Part shown: one piece after another, positions 15,938 through 31,781 of the stretch
Layout of the letters: the number at the start of each line of letters is the position of its first letter
Numbering within the stretch: the stretch's first letter is position 1
NCBI GenBank assembly: GCA_964247055.1
Contig: OZ176053.1
Location: 8,680,001-8,744,000 of the forward strand
Direction: 5' to 3'
Origin: Paragordius varius
Lineage: Eukaryota; Animalia; Nematomorpha
Length of the DNA: 64,000 nucleotides
Notes under the pieces: generated by a model
Seen by the model: the letters and a program-made list of their open reading frames with translations, nothing else
Told to the model about the DNA's origin: nothing
Database searches by the model: none
Made by a program: the position numbers and the translations under genes

Positions 15938-18810
15938 CCTCAAGCTTTAAATTATTTGACTGTTAAAAAATAATGGTTCCTTGGTGAAATTACTAATACC
16001 TACACGCTTAAAATTATTTGACTGTTGAAAAGTAATGGTTGATTGGTGGAAATACTAATACCCACACGCTTAAAATTATTTGACTGTTGAATAATGATTC
16101 AGTGGTGAAATTACTAATACCTACACACTTAAAATTTTTTGACTGTTGAAAAGTAATGGTAGATTGGTGGAAATACCAATACACGCACGCTTACAATTCT
16201 TTGATTGTTGAAAAGTAATGGTTGATTGGTAAAATTACTAATACCTACACGCTTAAAATTATTTGACTGTTGAAAAGTAATGGTTGATTGGTACAATTAA
16301 TAATACCTACACGCTTAAAATTATTTGACTGTTGAAAAATTATCGTTCATTGGTGAAATTACTAATACCTACACGCTTAAAATTATTTGATTGTTGAAAA
16401 GTAATGGTTGATTGGTGGAAATACCAATACACGCACGCTTACAATTCTTTGATTGTTGAAAAGTAATGGTTGATTGGTGGAAATACTAATACCCACACGC
16501 TTAAAATTATTTGACTGTTGAAAAATAATGGTTTCTTGGTAAAATTACTAATACCTACACGCTTAAAATTATTTGACTCTTGAAAGGTAATGGTTAATTG
16601 GTGGAAATACCAATACACGCACGCTTACAATCATTTGATTGTTGAAAAGTAATGGTTGATTGGTGGAAATACTAATACCCTCAAGCTTTAAATTATTTGA
16701 CTGTTAAAAAATAATGGTTCCTTGGTGAAATTACTAATACTTACACGCTTAAAATTATTTGACTGTTGAAAAGTAATGGTTGATTGGTGGAAATACTAAT
16801 ACCTACACCCTTAAAATTATTTGATTGTTGAAAAGTATGGTTGATTGGTAAAATTACTAATACCTACACGCTTAAAATTATTTGATTGTTGAAAAGTAAT
16901 GGTTGATTGGTGGAATTACTATTACCCGCACGCTTACAATCATTTGATTTTTGAAAAGTAATGATTGAAGGGTGGAAATACCAATACACGCACGCTTACA
17001 ATGCCTTGTTTGTTGAAAAGTAATGGTTGATTGGTAAAATTACTAATACCTACACCCTTAAAATTATTTGATTGTTGAAAAGTAATGGTTGATTGGTGGA
17101 ATTACTATTACCCGCACGCTTAAAATTATTTGACTCTTGAAAGGTAATGGTTAATTGGTGGAAATACCAATACACGCACGCTTACAATCATTTGATTTTT
17201 GAAAAGTAATGGTTGATTGGTGGAAATACTAATACCCTCAAGCTTTAAATTATTTGACTGTTAAAAAATAATGGTTCCTTGGTGAAATTACTAATACCTA
17301 CACGCTTAAAATTATTTGACTGTTGAAAAGTAATGGTTGATTGGTGGAAATACTAATACCCACACGCTTAAAATTATTTGACTGTTGAATAATAATTCAG
17401 TGGTGAAATTACTAATACCTACACGCTTAAAATTATTTGACTCTTGAAAGGTAATGGTTAATTGGTGGAAATACCAATACACGCACGCTTACAATCATTT
17501 GATTGTTGAAAAGTAATGGTTGATTGGTAAAATTACTAATACCTACACCCTTAAAATTATTTGATTGTTGAAAAGTAATGGTTGATTGGTGGAATTACTA
17601 TTACCCGCACGCTTAAAATTATTTGACTCTTGAAAGGTAATGGTTAATTGGTGGAAATACCAATACACGCACGCTTACAATCATTTGATTTTTGAAAAGT
17701 AATGGTTGATTGGTGGAAATACTAATACCCTCAAGCTTTAAATTATTTGACTGTTAAAAAATAATGGTTCCTTGGTGAAATTACTAATACCTACACGCTT
17801 AAAATTATTTGACTGTTGAAAAGTAATGGTTGATTGGTGGAAATACTAATACCCACACGCTTAAAATTATTTGACTGTTGAATAATGATTCAGTGGTGAA
17901 ATTACTAATACCTACACACTTAAAATTTTTTGACTGTTGAAAAGTAATGGTAGATTGGTGGAAATACCAATACACGCACGCTTACAATTCTTTGATTGTT
18001 GAAAAGTAATGGTTGATTGGTAAAATTACTAATACCTACACGCTTAAAATTATTTGACTGTTGAAAAGTAATGGTTGATTGGTACAATTAATAATACCTA
18101 CACGCTTAAAATTATTTGACTGTTGAAAAATTATCGTTCATTGGTGAAATTACTAATACCTACACGCTTAAAATTATTTGATTGTTGAAAAGTAATGGTT
18201 GATTGGTGGAAATACCAATACACGCACGCTTACAATTCTTTGATTGTTGAAAAGTAATGTTTGATTGGTGGAAATACTAATACCCACACGCTTAAAATTA
18301 TTTGACTGTTGAAAAATAATGGTTTCTTGGTAAAATTACTAATACCTACACGCTTAAAATTATTTGACTCTTGAAAGGTAATGGTTAATTGGTGGAAATA
18401 CCAATACACGCACGCTTACAATCATTTGATTGTTGAAAAGTAATGGTTGATTGGTGGAAATACTACAACCCTCAAGCTTTAAATTATTTGACTGTTAAAA
18501 AATAATGGTTCCTTGGTGAAATTACTAATACTTACACGCTTAAAATTATTTGACTGTTGAAAAGTAATGGTTGATTGGTGGAAATACTAATACCTACACC
18601 CTTAAAATTATTTGATTGTTGAAAAGTATGGTTGATTGGTAAAATTATTAATACCTACACGCTTAAAATTATTTGATTGTTGAAAAGTAATGGTTGATTG
18701 GTGGAATTACTATTACCCGCACGCTTACAATCATTTGATTTTTGAAAAGTAATGATTGAAGGGTGGAAATACCAATACACGCACGCTTACAATGCCTTGT
18801 TTGTTGAAAA
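15230..18810. repeat. Tandem duplication of a 1791-bp (29-monomer) satellite block
   Basis: Diagnostic variants at constant offset 1791: 15596/17387, 16089/17880, 16835/18626. Confidence 0.88.
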
Positions 18811-20049
18811 GTAATGGTTCCTTGGTGAAATTACTAATACCTACACGCTTAAAATTATTTGACTGTTGAAAAGTAATGGTTGATTGGTGGAAATACTAAT
18901 ACCCACACGCTTAAAATTATTTTACTGTTGAAAAATAATCGTTCATTGGTGAAATTACTAATACCTACACGCCTTAAATTATTTGACTGTTGAAAAGTAA
19001 TGGTTCATTGGTAAAATTACTAATACCTACACGCTTAAAATTATTTGACTGTTGAAAAGTAATGGTTGATTGGTGGAAATACCAATACCCACACGCTTAA
19101 ATGACTGTTAAAAAATAATGGTTCCTTGGTGAAATTACTAATACCTACACGCTTAAAATTATTTGACTGTTGAAAAGTAATGGTTGATTGGTGGAAATAC
19201 TAATACCCACACGCTTAAAATTATTTTACTGTTAAATAATAATCGTTCATTGGTGAAATTACTAATACCTACACGCCTTAAATTATTTGACTGTTGAAAA
19301 GTAATGGTTCCTTGGTGAAATTACTAATACCTACACGCTTAAAATTATTTGATTGTTGAAAAGTAATGGTTGATTGGTAAAATTACTAATACCTACACCC
19401 TTAAAATTATTTGATTGTTGAAAAGTAATGGTTGATTGGTAAAATTACTAATACCTACACCCTTAAAATTATTTGATTGTTGAAAAGTAATGGTTGATTG
19501 GTGGAATTACTATTACCCGCACGCTTACAATCATTTGATTTTTGAAAAGTAATGATTGAAGGGTGGAAATACCAATACACGCACGCTTACAATGCCTTGT
19601 TTGTTGAAAAGTAATGGTTCCTTGGTGAAATTACTAATACCTACACGCTTAAAATTATTTGACTGTTGAAAAGTAATGGTTGATTGGTGGAAATACTAAT
19701 ACCCACACGCTTAAAATTATTTTACTGTTGAAAAATAATCGTTCATTGGTGAAATTACTAATACCTACACGACTTAAATTATTTGACTGTTGAAAAGTAA
19801 TGGTTCCTTGGTGAAATTACTAATACCTACACGCTTAAAATTATTTGACTGTTGAAAAATAATGGTTCCTTGGTGAAATTACTAATACCACCACGCTTAA
19901 AATTATTTGACTGTTGAAAAGTAATGGTTGATTGGTGGAAATACTAATACCCACACGCTTAAAATTATTTTACTGTTGAAAAATAATCGTTCATTGGTGA
20001 AATTACTAATACCTACACGCCTTAAATTATTTGACTGTTGAAAAGTAAT

Positions 20050-23000
20050 GGTTGATTGGTGGAAATACTAATACCCACACGCTTACAATTATTTGATTGT
20101 TGAAAAATAATGGTTAATTGGTAAAATTACTAATACCTTCAGGCTTACATATTGTTTGTTTGTTGAAAATTAATGGTTGATTGGTTAAATTACTAATACC
20201 TACACGCTTACAATTATTTCATTGTTCAAAAGTAATGGTTAATTGGTGGAAATACTAATACCCACACGCTTAAAATTATTTGACTGTTAAAAAATAATGG
20301 TTCCTTGGTGAAATTACTAATACCTACACGCTTAAAATTATTTGACTGTTGAAAAGTAATGGTTGATTGGTGGAAATACTAATACCCACACGCTTAAAAT
20401 TATTTTACTGTTGAAAAATAATCGTTCATTGGTGAAATTACTAATACCTATACGCCTTAAATTATTTGACTGTTGAAAAGTAATGGTTCATTGGTAAAAT
20501 TACTAATACCTACACGCTTACAATTATTTGATTGTTGAAAAATATGGTTCATTAGGGAAATTACTAATACCTACACGCTTAAAATTATTTGACTGTTAAA
20601 AAGTAATGGTTGATTGGTGGAAATACTATTACCCGCACGCTTACAATCATTTGATTTTTGAAAAGTAATGATTGAAGGGTGGAAATACCAATACACGCAC
20701 GCTTACAATGCCTTGATTGTTGAAAAGTAATGGTTGATTGGTAAAATTACTAATACCTACACGCTTATTATTTGACTGTTGAAAAATTATCGTTCATTGG
20801 TGAAATTACTAATACCTACACGCTTAAAATTATTTGATTGTTGAAAATTAATGGTTGATTGGTGGAAATACCAATACACGCACGCTTACAATTCTTTGAT
20901 TGTTGAAAAGTAATGGTTGATTGGTGGAAATACTAATACCCACACGCTTAAAATTATTTGACTGTTGAAAAATAATGGTTCCTTGGAGAAATTACTAATA
21001 CCTACACGCTTAAAATTATTTGACTCTTGAAAGGTAATGGTTAATTGGTGGAAATACCAATACACGCACGCTTACAATCATTTGATTGTTGAAAAGTAAT
21101 GGTTGATTGGTGGAAATACTAATACCCTCAAGCTTTAAATTATTTGACTGTTAAGAGTAATGGTTCATTGGTGGAAAAACTAATACCCACACGCTGAAAA
21201 TTATTTGACTGTTGAAAAGTAATGGTTGATTGGTGGAAATACTAATACCCACACGCTTAAAATTATTTGATTGTTGAAAAGTAATGGTTGATTGTTGGAA
21301 AAACTAATACCCACACGCTTAAAATTATTTGACTGTTGAAAAATAATGGTTCATTGGTAAAATTACTAATACCTACACGCTTAAAATTATTTGACTGTTG
21401 AAAAATAATCGTTCATTGGTGAAATTACTAATACCTACACCCTTAAAATTATTTGATTGTTGAAAAGTAATGGTTCATTGGTAAAATTACTAATACCTAC
21501 ACCCTTAAAATTATTTGATTGTTGAAAAGTAATGGTTGATTGGTGGAAATACTAATACCTACACGCTTACAATTATTTGATTGTTGAAAAATAAGGTTGA
21601 TTGGTAAAATTACTAATACCTACACGCTTACAATTATTTGATTGTTGAAAAATAATGGTTCTTTAGGGAAATTACTAATACCTACACGCTTAAAATTATT
21701 TGATTGTTGAAAAGTAATGGTTGATTGGTAAAATTACTAATACCTACACCCTTAAAATTATTTGATTGTTGAAAAGTAATGGTTCATTGGTAAAATTACT
21801 AAACCTACACGCTTACAATTATTTGATTGTTGAAAAATAATGGTTCATTAGGGAAATTACTAATACCTACACGCTTAAAATTATTTGATTGTTGAAAAGT
21901 AATGGTTGATTGGTAAAATTACTAATACCTACACGCTTAAAATTTATTGATTGTTGAAAAGTAATGGTTCATTGGTAAAATTACTAATACCTACACCCTT
22001 AAAATTATTTGATTGTTGAAAAATAATGGTTCATTAGGGAAATTACTAATACCTACACGCTTAAAATTATTTGATTGTTGAAAAGTAATGGTTGATTGGT
22101 AAAATTACTAATACCTACACGCTTAAAATTATTTGACTGTTGAAAAGTAATGGTTGATTGGTATAATTACTAATACCTACACCCTTAAAATTATTTGATT
22201 GTTGAAAAATAAGGTTGATTGGTAAAATTACTAATACCTACACTACAATTATTTGATTGTTGAAAAATAATGGTTCTTTAGGGAAATTACTAATACCTAC
22301 ACGCTTAAAATTATTTGATTGTTGAAAAGTAATGGTTGATTGGTAAAATTACTAATACCTACACCCTTAAAATTATTTGATTGTTGAAAAGTAATGGTTC
22401 ATTGGTAAAATTACTAATACCTACACCCTTAAAATTATTTGATTGTTGAAAAGTAATGGTTCATTGGTAAAATTACTAATACCTACACGCTTACAATTAT
22501 TTGATTGTTGAAAAATAATGGTTCATTAGGGAAATTACTAATACCTACACGCTTAAAATTATTTGATTGTTGAAAAGTAATGTATGATTGGTAAAATTAC
22601 TAATACCTACACGCTTACAATTATTTGATTGTTGAAAAATAATGGTTAATTGGTAAAATTACTAATACCTTCAGGCTTACATATTGTTTGTTTGTTGAAA
22701 ATTAATGGTTGATTGGTTAAATTACTAATACCTACACGCTTACAATTATTTCATTGTTCAAAAGTAATGGTTAATTGGTGGAAATACTAATACCCACACG
22801 CTTAAAATTATTTGACTGTTAAAAAATAATGGTTCCTTGGTGAAATTACTAATACCTACACGCTTAAAATTATTTGACTGTTGAAAAGTAATGGTTGATT
22901 GGTGGAAATACTAATACCCACACGCTTAAAATTATTTTACTGTTGAAAAATAATCGTTCATTGGTGAAATTACTAATACCTATACGCCTTAAATTATTTG

Positions 23001-25113
23001 ACTGTTGAAAAGTAATGGTTCATTGGTAAAATTACTAATACCTACACGCTTACAATTATTTGATTGTTGAAAAATATGGTTCATTAGGGAAATTACTAAT
23101 ACCTACACGCTTAAAATTATTTGACTGTTAAAAAGTAATGGTTGATTGGTGGAAATACTATTACCCGCACGCTTACAATCATTTGATTTTTGAAAAGTAA
23201 TGATTGAAGGGTGGAAATACCAATACACGCACGCTTACAATGCCTTGATTGTTGAAAAGTAATGGTTGATTGGTAAAATTACTAATACCTACACGCTTAT
23301 TATTTGACTGTTGAAAAATTATCGTTCATTGGTGAAATTACTAATACCTACACGCTTAAAATTATTTGATTGTTGAAAATTAATGGTTGATTGGTGGAAA
23401 TACCAATACACGCACGCTTACAATTCTTTGATTGTTGAAAAGTAATGGTTGATTGGTGGAAATACTAATACCCACACGCTTAAAATTATTTGACTGTTGA
23501 AAAATAATGGTTCCTTGGAGAAATTACTAATACCTACACGCTTAAAATTATTTGACTCTTGAAAGGTAATGGTTAATTGGTGGAAATACCAATACACGCA
23601 CGCTTACAATCATTTGATTGTTGAAAAGTAATGGTTGATTGGTGGAAATACTAATACCCTCAAGCTTTAAATTATTTGACTGTTAAGAGTAATGGTTCAT
23701 TGGTGGAAAAACTAATACCCACACGCTGAAAATTATTTGACTGTTGAAAAGTAATGGTTGATTGGTGGAAATACTAATACCCACACGCTTAAAATTATTT
23801 GATTGTTGAAAAGTAATGGTTGATTGTTGGAAAAACTAATACCCACACGCTTAAAATTATTTGACTGTTGAAAAATAATGGTTCATTGGTAAAATTACTA
23901 ATACCTACACGCTTAAAATTATTTGACTGTTGAAAAATAATCGTTCATTGGTGAAATTACTAATACCTACACCCTTAAAATTATTTGATTGTTGAAAAGT
24001 AATGGTTCATTGGTAAAATTACTAATACCTACACCCTTAAAATTATTTGATTGTTGAAAAGTAATGGTTGATTGGTGGAAATACTAATACCTACACGCTT
24101 ACAATTATTTGATTGTTGAAAAATAAGGTTGATTGGTAAAATTACTAATACCTACACGCTTACAATTATTTGATTGTTGAAAAATAATGGTTCTTTAGGG
24201 AAATTACTAATACCTACACGCTTAAAATTATTTGATTGTTGAAAAGTAATGGTTGATTGGTAAAATTACTAATACCTACACCCTTAAAATTATTTGATTG
24301 TTGAAAAGTAATGGTTCATTGGTAAAATTACTAAACCTACACGCTTACAATTATTTGATTGTTGAAAAATAATGGTTCATTAGGGAAATTACTAATACCT
24401 ACACGCTTAAAATTATTTGATTGTTGAAAAGTAATGGTTGATTGGTAAAATTACTAATACCTACACGCTTAAAATTTATTGATTGTTGAAAAGTAATGGT
24501 TCATTGGTAAAATTACTAATACCTACACCCTTAAAATTATTTGATTGTTGAAAAATAATGGTTCATTAGGGAAATTACTAATACCTACACGCTTAAAATT
24601 ATTTGATTGTTGAAAAGTAATGGTTGATTGGTAAAATTACTAATACCTACACGCTTAAAATTATTTGACTGTTGAAAAGTAATGGTTGATTGGTATAATT
24701 ACTAATACCTACACCCTTAAAATTATTTGATTGTTGAAAAATAAGGTTGATTGGTAAAATTACTAATACCTACACTACAATTATTTGATTGTTGAAAAAT
24801 AATGGTTCTTTAGGGAAATTACTAATACCTACACGCTTAAAATTATTTGATTGTTGAAAAGTAATGGTTGATTGGTAAAATTACTAATACCTACACCCTT
24901 AAAATTATTTGATTGTTGAAAAGTAATGGTTCATTGGTAAAATTACTAATACCTACACCCTTAAAATTATTTGATTGTTGAAAAGTAATGGTTCATTGGT
25001 AAAATTACTAATACCTACACGCTTACAATTATTTGATTGTTGAAAAATAATGGTTCATTAGGGAAATTACTAATACCTACACGCTTAAAATTATTTGATT
25101 GTTGAAAAGTAAT
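20050..25113. repeat. Tandem duplication of a 2532-bp (41-monomer) satellite block
   Basis: ATTGTTCAAA at 20221/22753 and TGTATG at 22581/25113; both offsets are 2532. Confidence 0.9.
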
Positions 25114-26139
25114 GTATGATTGGTAAAATTACTAATACCTACACCCTTAAAATTATTTGATTGTTGAAAAATAATGGTTCATTAGGGAAATTACTAATAC
25201 CTACACGCTTAAAATTATTTGATTGTTGAAAAGTAATGGTTGATTGGTAAAATTACTAATACCTACACGCTTAAAATTATTTGACTGTTGAAAAGTAATG
25301 GTTGATTGGTAAAATTACTAATACCTACACCCTTAAAATTATTTGATTGTTGAAAAGTAATGGTTCATTGGTAAAATTACTAATACCTACACGCTTACAA
25401 TTATTTGATTGTTGAAAAATAATGGTTCATTAGGGAAATTACTAATACCTACACGCTTAAAATTTATTGATTGTTGAAAAGTAATGGTTCATTGGTAAAA
25501 TTACTAATACCTACACCCTTAAAATTATTTGATTGTTGAAAAATAATGGTTCATTAGGGAAATTACTAATACCTACACGCTTAAAATTATTTGATTGTTG
25601 AAAAGTAATGGTTGATTGGTAAAATTACTAATACCTACACGCTTAAAATTATTTGACTGTTGAAAAGTAATGGTTGATTGGTAAAATTACTAATACCTAC
25701 ACCCTTAAAATTATTTGACTGTTGAAAAGTAATGGTTGATTGGTAAAATTACTAATACCTACACCCTTAAAATTATTTGATTGTTGAAAAGTAATGGTTA
25801 TTGGTGGAAATACTAATACCTACACGCTTACAATTATTTGATTGTTGAAAAATAAGGTTGATTGGTAAAATTACTAATACCTACAAGCTTACAATTATTT
25901 GATTGCTGAAAAATAATGGTTAATTGGTAAAATTACTAATACCTACACCCTTAAAATTATTTGATTGTTGAAAAGTAATGGTTCATTGGTGGAAATACTA
26001 ATACCCACACGCTTAAAATTATTTGACTGTTGAAAAATAATCGTTCATTAGTGAAATTACTAATACCTACACGCTTAAAATTATTTGATTGTTGAAAAGT
26101 AATGGTTGATTGGTAAAATTACTAATACCTACACGCTTA

Positions 26140-29100
26140 AAATTATTTGACTGTTGAAAAATAATGGTTCATTAGGGAAATTACTAATACCACACGCTTA
26201 AATTTATTTGATTGTTGAAAAGTAATGGTTGATTGGTAAAATTACTAATACCTACACGCTTAAAATTTATTGATTGTTGAAAAGTAATGGTTGATTGGTA
26301 AAATTACTAATACCTACACGCTTAAAATTATTTGACTGTTGAAAAGTAATGGTTGATTGGTAAAATTACTAATACCTACACGCTTAAAATTATTTGATTG
26401 TTGAAAAATAATGGTTCATTAGGGAAATTACTAATACCACACGCTTAAAATTATTTGATTGTTGAAAAGTAATGGTTGATTGGTAAAATTACTAATACCT
26501 ACACGCTTAAAATTTATTGATTGTTGAAAAGTAATGGTTGATTGGTAAAATTACTAATACCTACACGCTTAAAATTATTTGACTGTTGAAAAGTAATGGT
26601 TGATTGGTAAAATTACTAATACCTATACGCTTAAAATTATTTGATTGTTGAAAAATAATGGTTCATTAGGGAAATTACTAATACCACACGCTTAAAATTA
26701 TTTGATTGTTGAAAAGTAATGGTTGATTGGTAAAATTACTAATACCTAAACGCTTAAAATTTATTGATTGTTGAAAAGTAATGGTTGATTGGTAAAATTA
26801 CTAATACCTACACGCTTAAAATTATTTGACTGTTGAAAAGTAATGGTTGATTGGTAAAATTACTAATACCTACACCCTTGAAATTATTTGATTGTTGAAA
26901 AGTAATGGTTGATTGGTGGAAATACTAATACCTACACGCTTACAATTATTTGATTGTTGAAAAATAAGGTTGATTGGTAAAATTACTAATACCTACACGC
27001 TTACAATTATTTGACTGTTGAAAAGTAATGGTTGATTGCTGGAAATACGAATACCCACACGCTTACAATTATTTAATTGTTGAAAATTAATGGTTCATTG
27101 GTAAAATTACTAATATCTACACGCTTAAAATTCTTTGACTGTTGAAAGGTAATGGTTGATTGGTGGAAATACTAATACCTACACGCTTACAATTATTTGA
27201 TTGTTGAAAAGTAATGGTTGATTGGTGGAAATACTAATACCTACACGCTTACAATTATTTGATGATTGAAAAATAATGGTTCATTGGTGAAATTACTAAT
27301 ACCTACACGCTTAAAGTTATTTGACTGTTGAAAAGTAATGGTTGATTGGTGGAAATGCCAATACACGTCCGCTTACAATTCTTTGATTGTTGAAAACTAA
27401 TGGTTGATTGGTAAAATTACTAATACCTATACGCTTACAATTCTTTGATTGTTGAAAAGTAATGGTTTATTAGTGGAAATACTAATAACTACACGCTTAC
27501 AATTATTTGATTGTTGAAAAGTAATGGTTGATTGGTGGAAATACTAATACCTACACGCTTACAATTATTTGATTGTTGAAAAATAAGGTTGATTGGTAAA
27601 ATTACTAATACCTACACGCTTACAATTATTTGACTGTTGAAAAGTAATGGTTGATTGCTGGAAATACGAATACCCACACGCTTACAATTATTTAATTGTT
27701 GAAAATTAATGGTTCATTGGTAAAATTACTAATATCTACACGCTTAAAATTCTTTGACTGTTGAAAGGTAATGGTTGATTGGTGGAAATACTAATACCTA
27801 CACGCTTACAATTATTTGATTGTTGAAAAGTAATGGTTGATTGGTGGAAATACTAATACCTACACGCTTACAATTATTTGATGATTGAAAAATAATGGTT
27901 CATTGGTGAAATTACTAATACCTACACGCTTAAAGTTATTTGACTGTTGAAAAGTAATGGTTGATTGGTGGAAATGCCAATACACGTCCGCTTACAATTC
28001 TTTGATTGTTGAAAACTAATGGTTGATTGGTAAAATTACTAATACCTATACGCTTACAATTCTTTGATTGTTGAAAAGTAATGGTTTATTAGTGGAAATA
28101 CTAATAACTACACGCTTACAATTATTTGATTGTTGAAAAGTAATGGTTGATTGGTTAAAATACTAATACCCACACGCTTACAATTCTTTGATTGTTGAAA
28201 AGTAATGGTTGATTAGTGGAAATACTAATAACTACACGCTTACAATTATTTGATTGTTGAAAAGTAATGGTTGATTAGTGGAAATACTAATAACTACACG
28301 CTTACAATTATTTGATTGTTGAAAAGTAATGGTTGATTGGTGGAAATACTAATACCTACACGCTTACAATTATTTGATGATTGAAAAATAATGGTTCATT
28401 GGTGAAATTACTAATACCTACACGCTTAAAGTTATTTGACTGTTGAAAAGTAATGGTTGATTGGTGGAAATGCCAATACACGTCCGCTTACAATTCTTTG
28501 ATTGTTGAAAAGTAAAGGTTGATTCGTAGAAATACTACACACCCTTAAAATCATTTGATTGTTGAAAAGTAATGGTTGATTGGTAAAATTACTAATACCC
28601 CTACTCTTACAATCATTTGATTGTTGAAAAGTAATGGTTGATTGGTGAAATTACTAATACCTACACTCTTAAAATTATTTGATTGTTGAAAGGTAATGGG
28701 TGATTGGTGGAAATACTAATAACTACACGCTTACAATTATTTGATTGTTGAAAAGTAATGGTTGATTGGTGGAAATACTAATACCTACACGCTTACAATT
28801 ATTTGATGATTGAAAAATAATGGTTCATTGGTGAAATTACTAATACCTACACGCTTAAAGTTATTTGACTGTTGAAAAGTAATGGTTGATTGGTGGAAAT
28901 GCCAATACACGTCCGCTTACAATTCTTTGATTGTTGAAAAGTAAAGGTTGATTCGTAGAAATACTACACACCCTTAAAATCATTTGATTGTTGAAAAGTA
29001 ATGGTTGATTGGTAAAATTACTAATACCCCTACTCTTACAATCATTTGATTGTTGAAAAGTAATGGTTGATTGGTGGAAACACTAATACCTACACGCTTA

Positions 29101-30600
29101 ATATTATTTGACTGTTGAAAAGTAATGGTAAATTACTAATACATACACGCTTAAATTATTTGATTGTTGAAAAATAATGGTTCATTGGTGAAATTATAAT
29201 ACCTATACGCTTAATAATTTTTGACTTTTGAAAAATAATGGTTCATTGGTGAAATTATACCTACACGCTTAAAATTATTTGACTGTCGAAAAGTAATGGT
29301 TGATTGGTGGAAATACTAACACCCGCACGCTAAAAATTATTTGATTGTTCAAAAGTAATGGTTGATTGGTAAAATTACTAGTAGCTAAACGCTTAAAATT
29401 ATTTGTCTGTTGAAAAGTAATGGTTGATTGGTGAAATTACTAATAACCACATGCTTAAAATCATTTGACTGTTGAAAAATAATGGTTCATTGGTGAAATT
29501 ACTAATACCTACACGCTCAAAATTATTTGACTGTTGAAAAGTAATGGTAAATTACTAATACCTACACGCTTAAAATTATTTTAGTGTTGAAAAGTAATGG
29601 TTGATTGGTGGAAATACCAATACACTAACGCTTACAATTCTTTGATTGTTGAAAAGTAATGGTTGATTGGTGGAAATACTACACACGCTTAAAATCATTT
29701 GATTGTTGAAAGGTATTGGGTGATTGGTGGATATACTAATATAACCACTCTTAAAATTATTTGATTGTTGAAAGGTAATGGGTGATTGGTGGATATACTA
29801 ATATAACCACGCTTAAAATTATTTGATTGTTATAAAGTAATGTTTGATTGGTGGAAACACTAATACCTACACGCTTAATATTATTTGACTGTTGAAAAGT
29901 AATGGTAAATTACTAATACATACACGCTTAAATTATTTGATTGTTGAAAAATAATGGTTCATTGGTGAAATTATAATACCTATACGCTTAATAATTTTTG
30001 ACTTTTGAAAAATAATGGTTCATTGGTGAAATTATACCTACACGCTTAAAATTATTTGACTGTCGAAAAGTAATGGTTGATTGGTGGAAATACTAACACC
30101 CGCACGCTAAAAATTATTTGATTGTTCAAAAGTAATGGTTGATTGGTAAAATTACTAGTAGCTAAACGCTTAAAATTATTTGTCTGTTGAAAAGTAATGG
30201 TTGATTGGTGAAATTACTAATAACCACATGCTTAAAATCATTTGACTGTTGAAAAATAATGGTTCATTGGTGAAATTACTAATACCTACACGCTCAAAAT
30301 TATTTGACTGTTGAAAAGTAATGGTAAATTACTAATACCTACACGCTTAAAATTATTTTAGTGTTGAAAAGTAATGGTTGATTGGTGGAAATACCAATAC
30401 ACTAACGCTTACAATTCTTTGATTGTTGAAAAGTAATGGTTGATTGGTGGAAATACTACACAAGCTTAAAATCATTTGATTGTTGAAAGGTAATGGGTGA
30501 TTGGTGGATATACTAATATAACCACGCTTAAAATTATTTGATTGTTATAAAGTAATGTTTGATTGGTGGAAACACTAATACCTACACGCTTAAAATTATT
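26140..30600. repeat. Series of small higher-order repeats: 247 bp x3 (about 26140-26880), 619 bp x2 (about 26900-28140), 429 bp x2 (about 28300-29080), 777 bp x2 (about 29060-30600)
   Basis: Variant offsets: 26188/26435/26682; 27036/27655; 28512/28941; 29101/29878. Confidence 0.85.
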
Positions 30601-31781
30601 TGACTGTTGAAAAGTAAGGTAAATTACTAATACCTACACGCTTAAAATTATTTTAGTGTTGAAATGTAATGGCTCATTGGTGAAATTACTAGTATTTTCA
30701 CGCTTAAAATTATTTGACTGTTGAAAAGTAATGGTTGATTGGTGGAAATACCAATAAACGACGCTTACAATTCTTTGATTGTTGAAAAGTAATGGTTGAT
30801 TGATGGAAATACCAATAAAAGCACGCTTACAATTTTTTGATTTTTGAAAAGTAAGGTTGATTGGTGGAAATACTAATACCTACACGCTTAAAATTATTTG
30901 ACTGTTGAAATGTAATGTTTGATTGGTGGAAATACTAATACCTACACGCTTACAATTATTTGATTGTTGAAAAATAAGGTTGATTGGTAAAATTACTAAT
31001 ACATACACGCTTACAATTATTTGATTCTTGAATAGTAATGGTTGATTGGTGGAAATACTAACACCCGCACGCTAAAAATTATTTGATTGTTCAAAAGTAA
31101 TGGTTGATTGGTGGAATTACTATTACCCTCACGCTTACAATCATTTGATTGTTGAAAAGTAATGGTTGATTGGTAAAATTACTAGTAGCTAAACGCTTAA
31201 AATTATTTGTCTGTTGAAAAGTAATGGTTGATTGGTGAAATTACTAATACCCACATGCTCAAAATTATTTGACTGTTGAAAAGTACGGGTTGATTGGTGG
31301 AATTACTATTACCCGTACGCTCAGAATAATTTGATTGTTGAAAAATAATGGTTCATTGGTGAAATTACTAATACCTACATGCTTACAATCATTTGATTGT
31401 TAAAAAGTAATGGGTGATTGGTGGATATACTAATAAAACCACGCTTAAAATTATTTGATTGTTATAAAGTAATGTTTGATTGGTGGAAACACTAATACCT
31501 ACACGCTTAAAATTATTTGACTGTTGAAAAGTAATGGTTGATTGGTGGATATACTAATACCCGCACGCTTAAAATTATTTGATTGTTGAAAAATAATGGT
31601 TCATTGGTGAAATTACTAATACCTACACGCTTAAAATTATTTGACTGTTGAAAAATAATGGTTTATTGGTAAAATTACTAATATCTACACGCTTAAAATT
31701 ATTTGATTGTTATAAAGTAATGTTTGATTGGTGGAAATACTGATACACACACACTTACAATTATTTGATTGTTGAAAAATA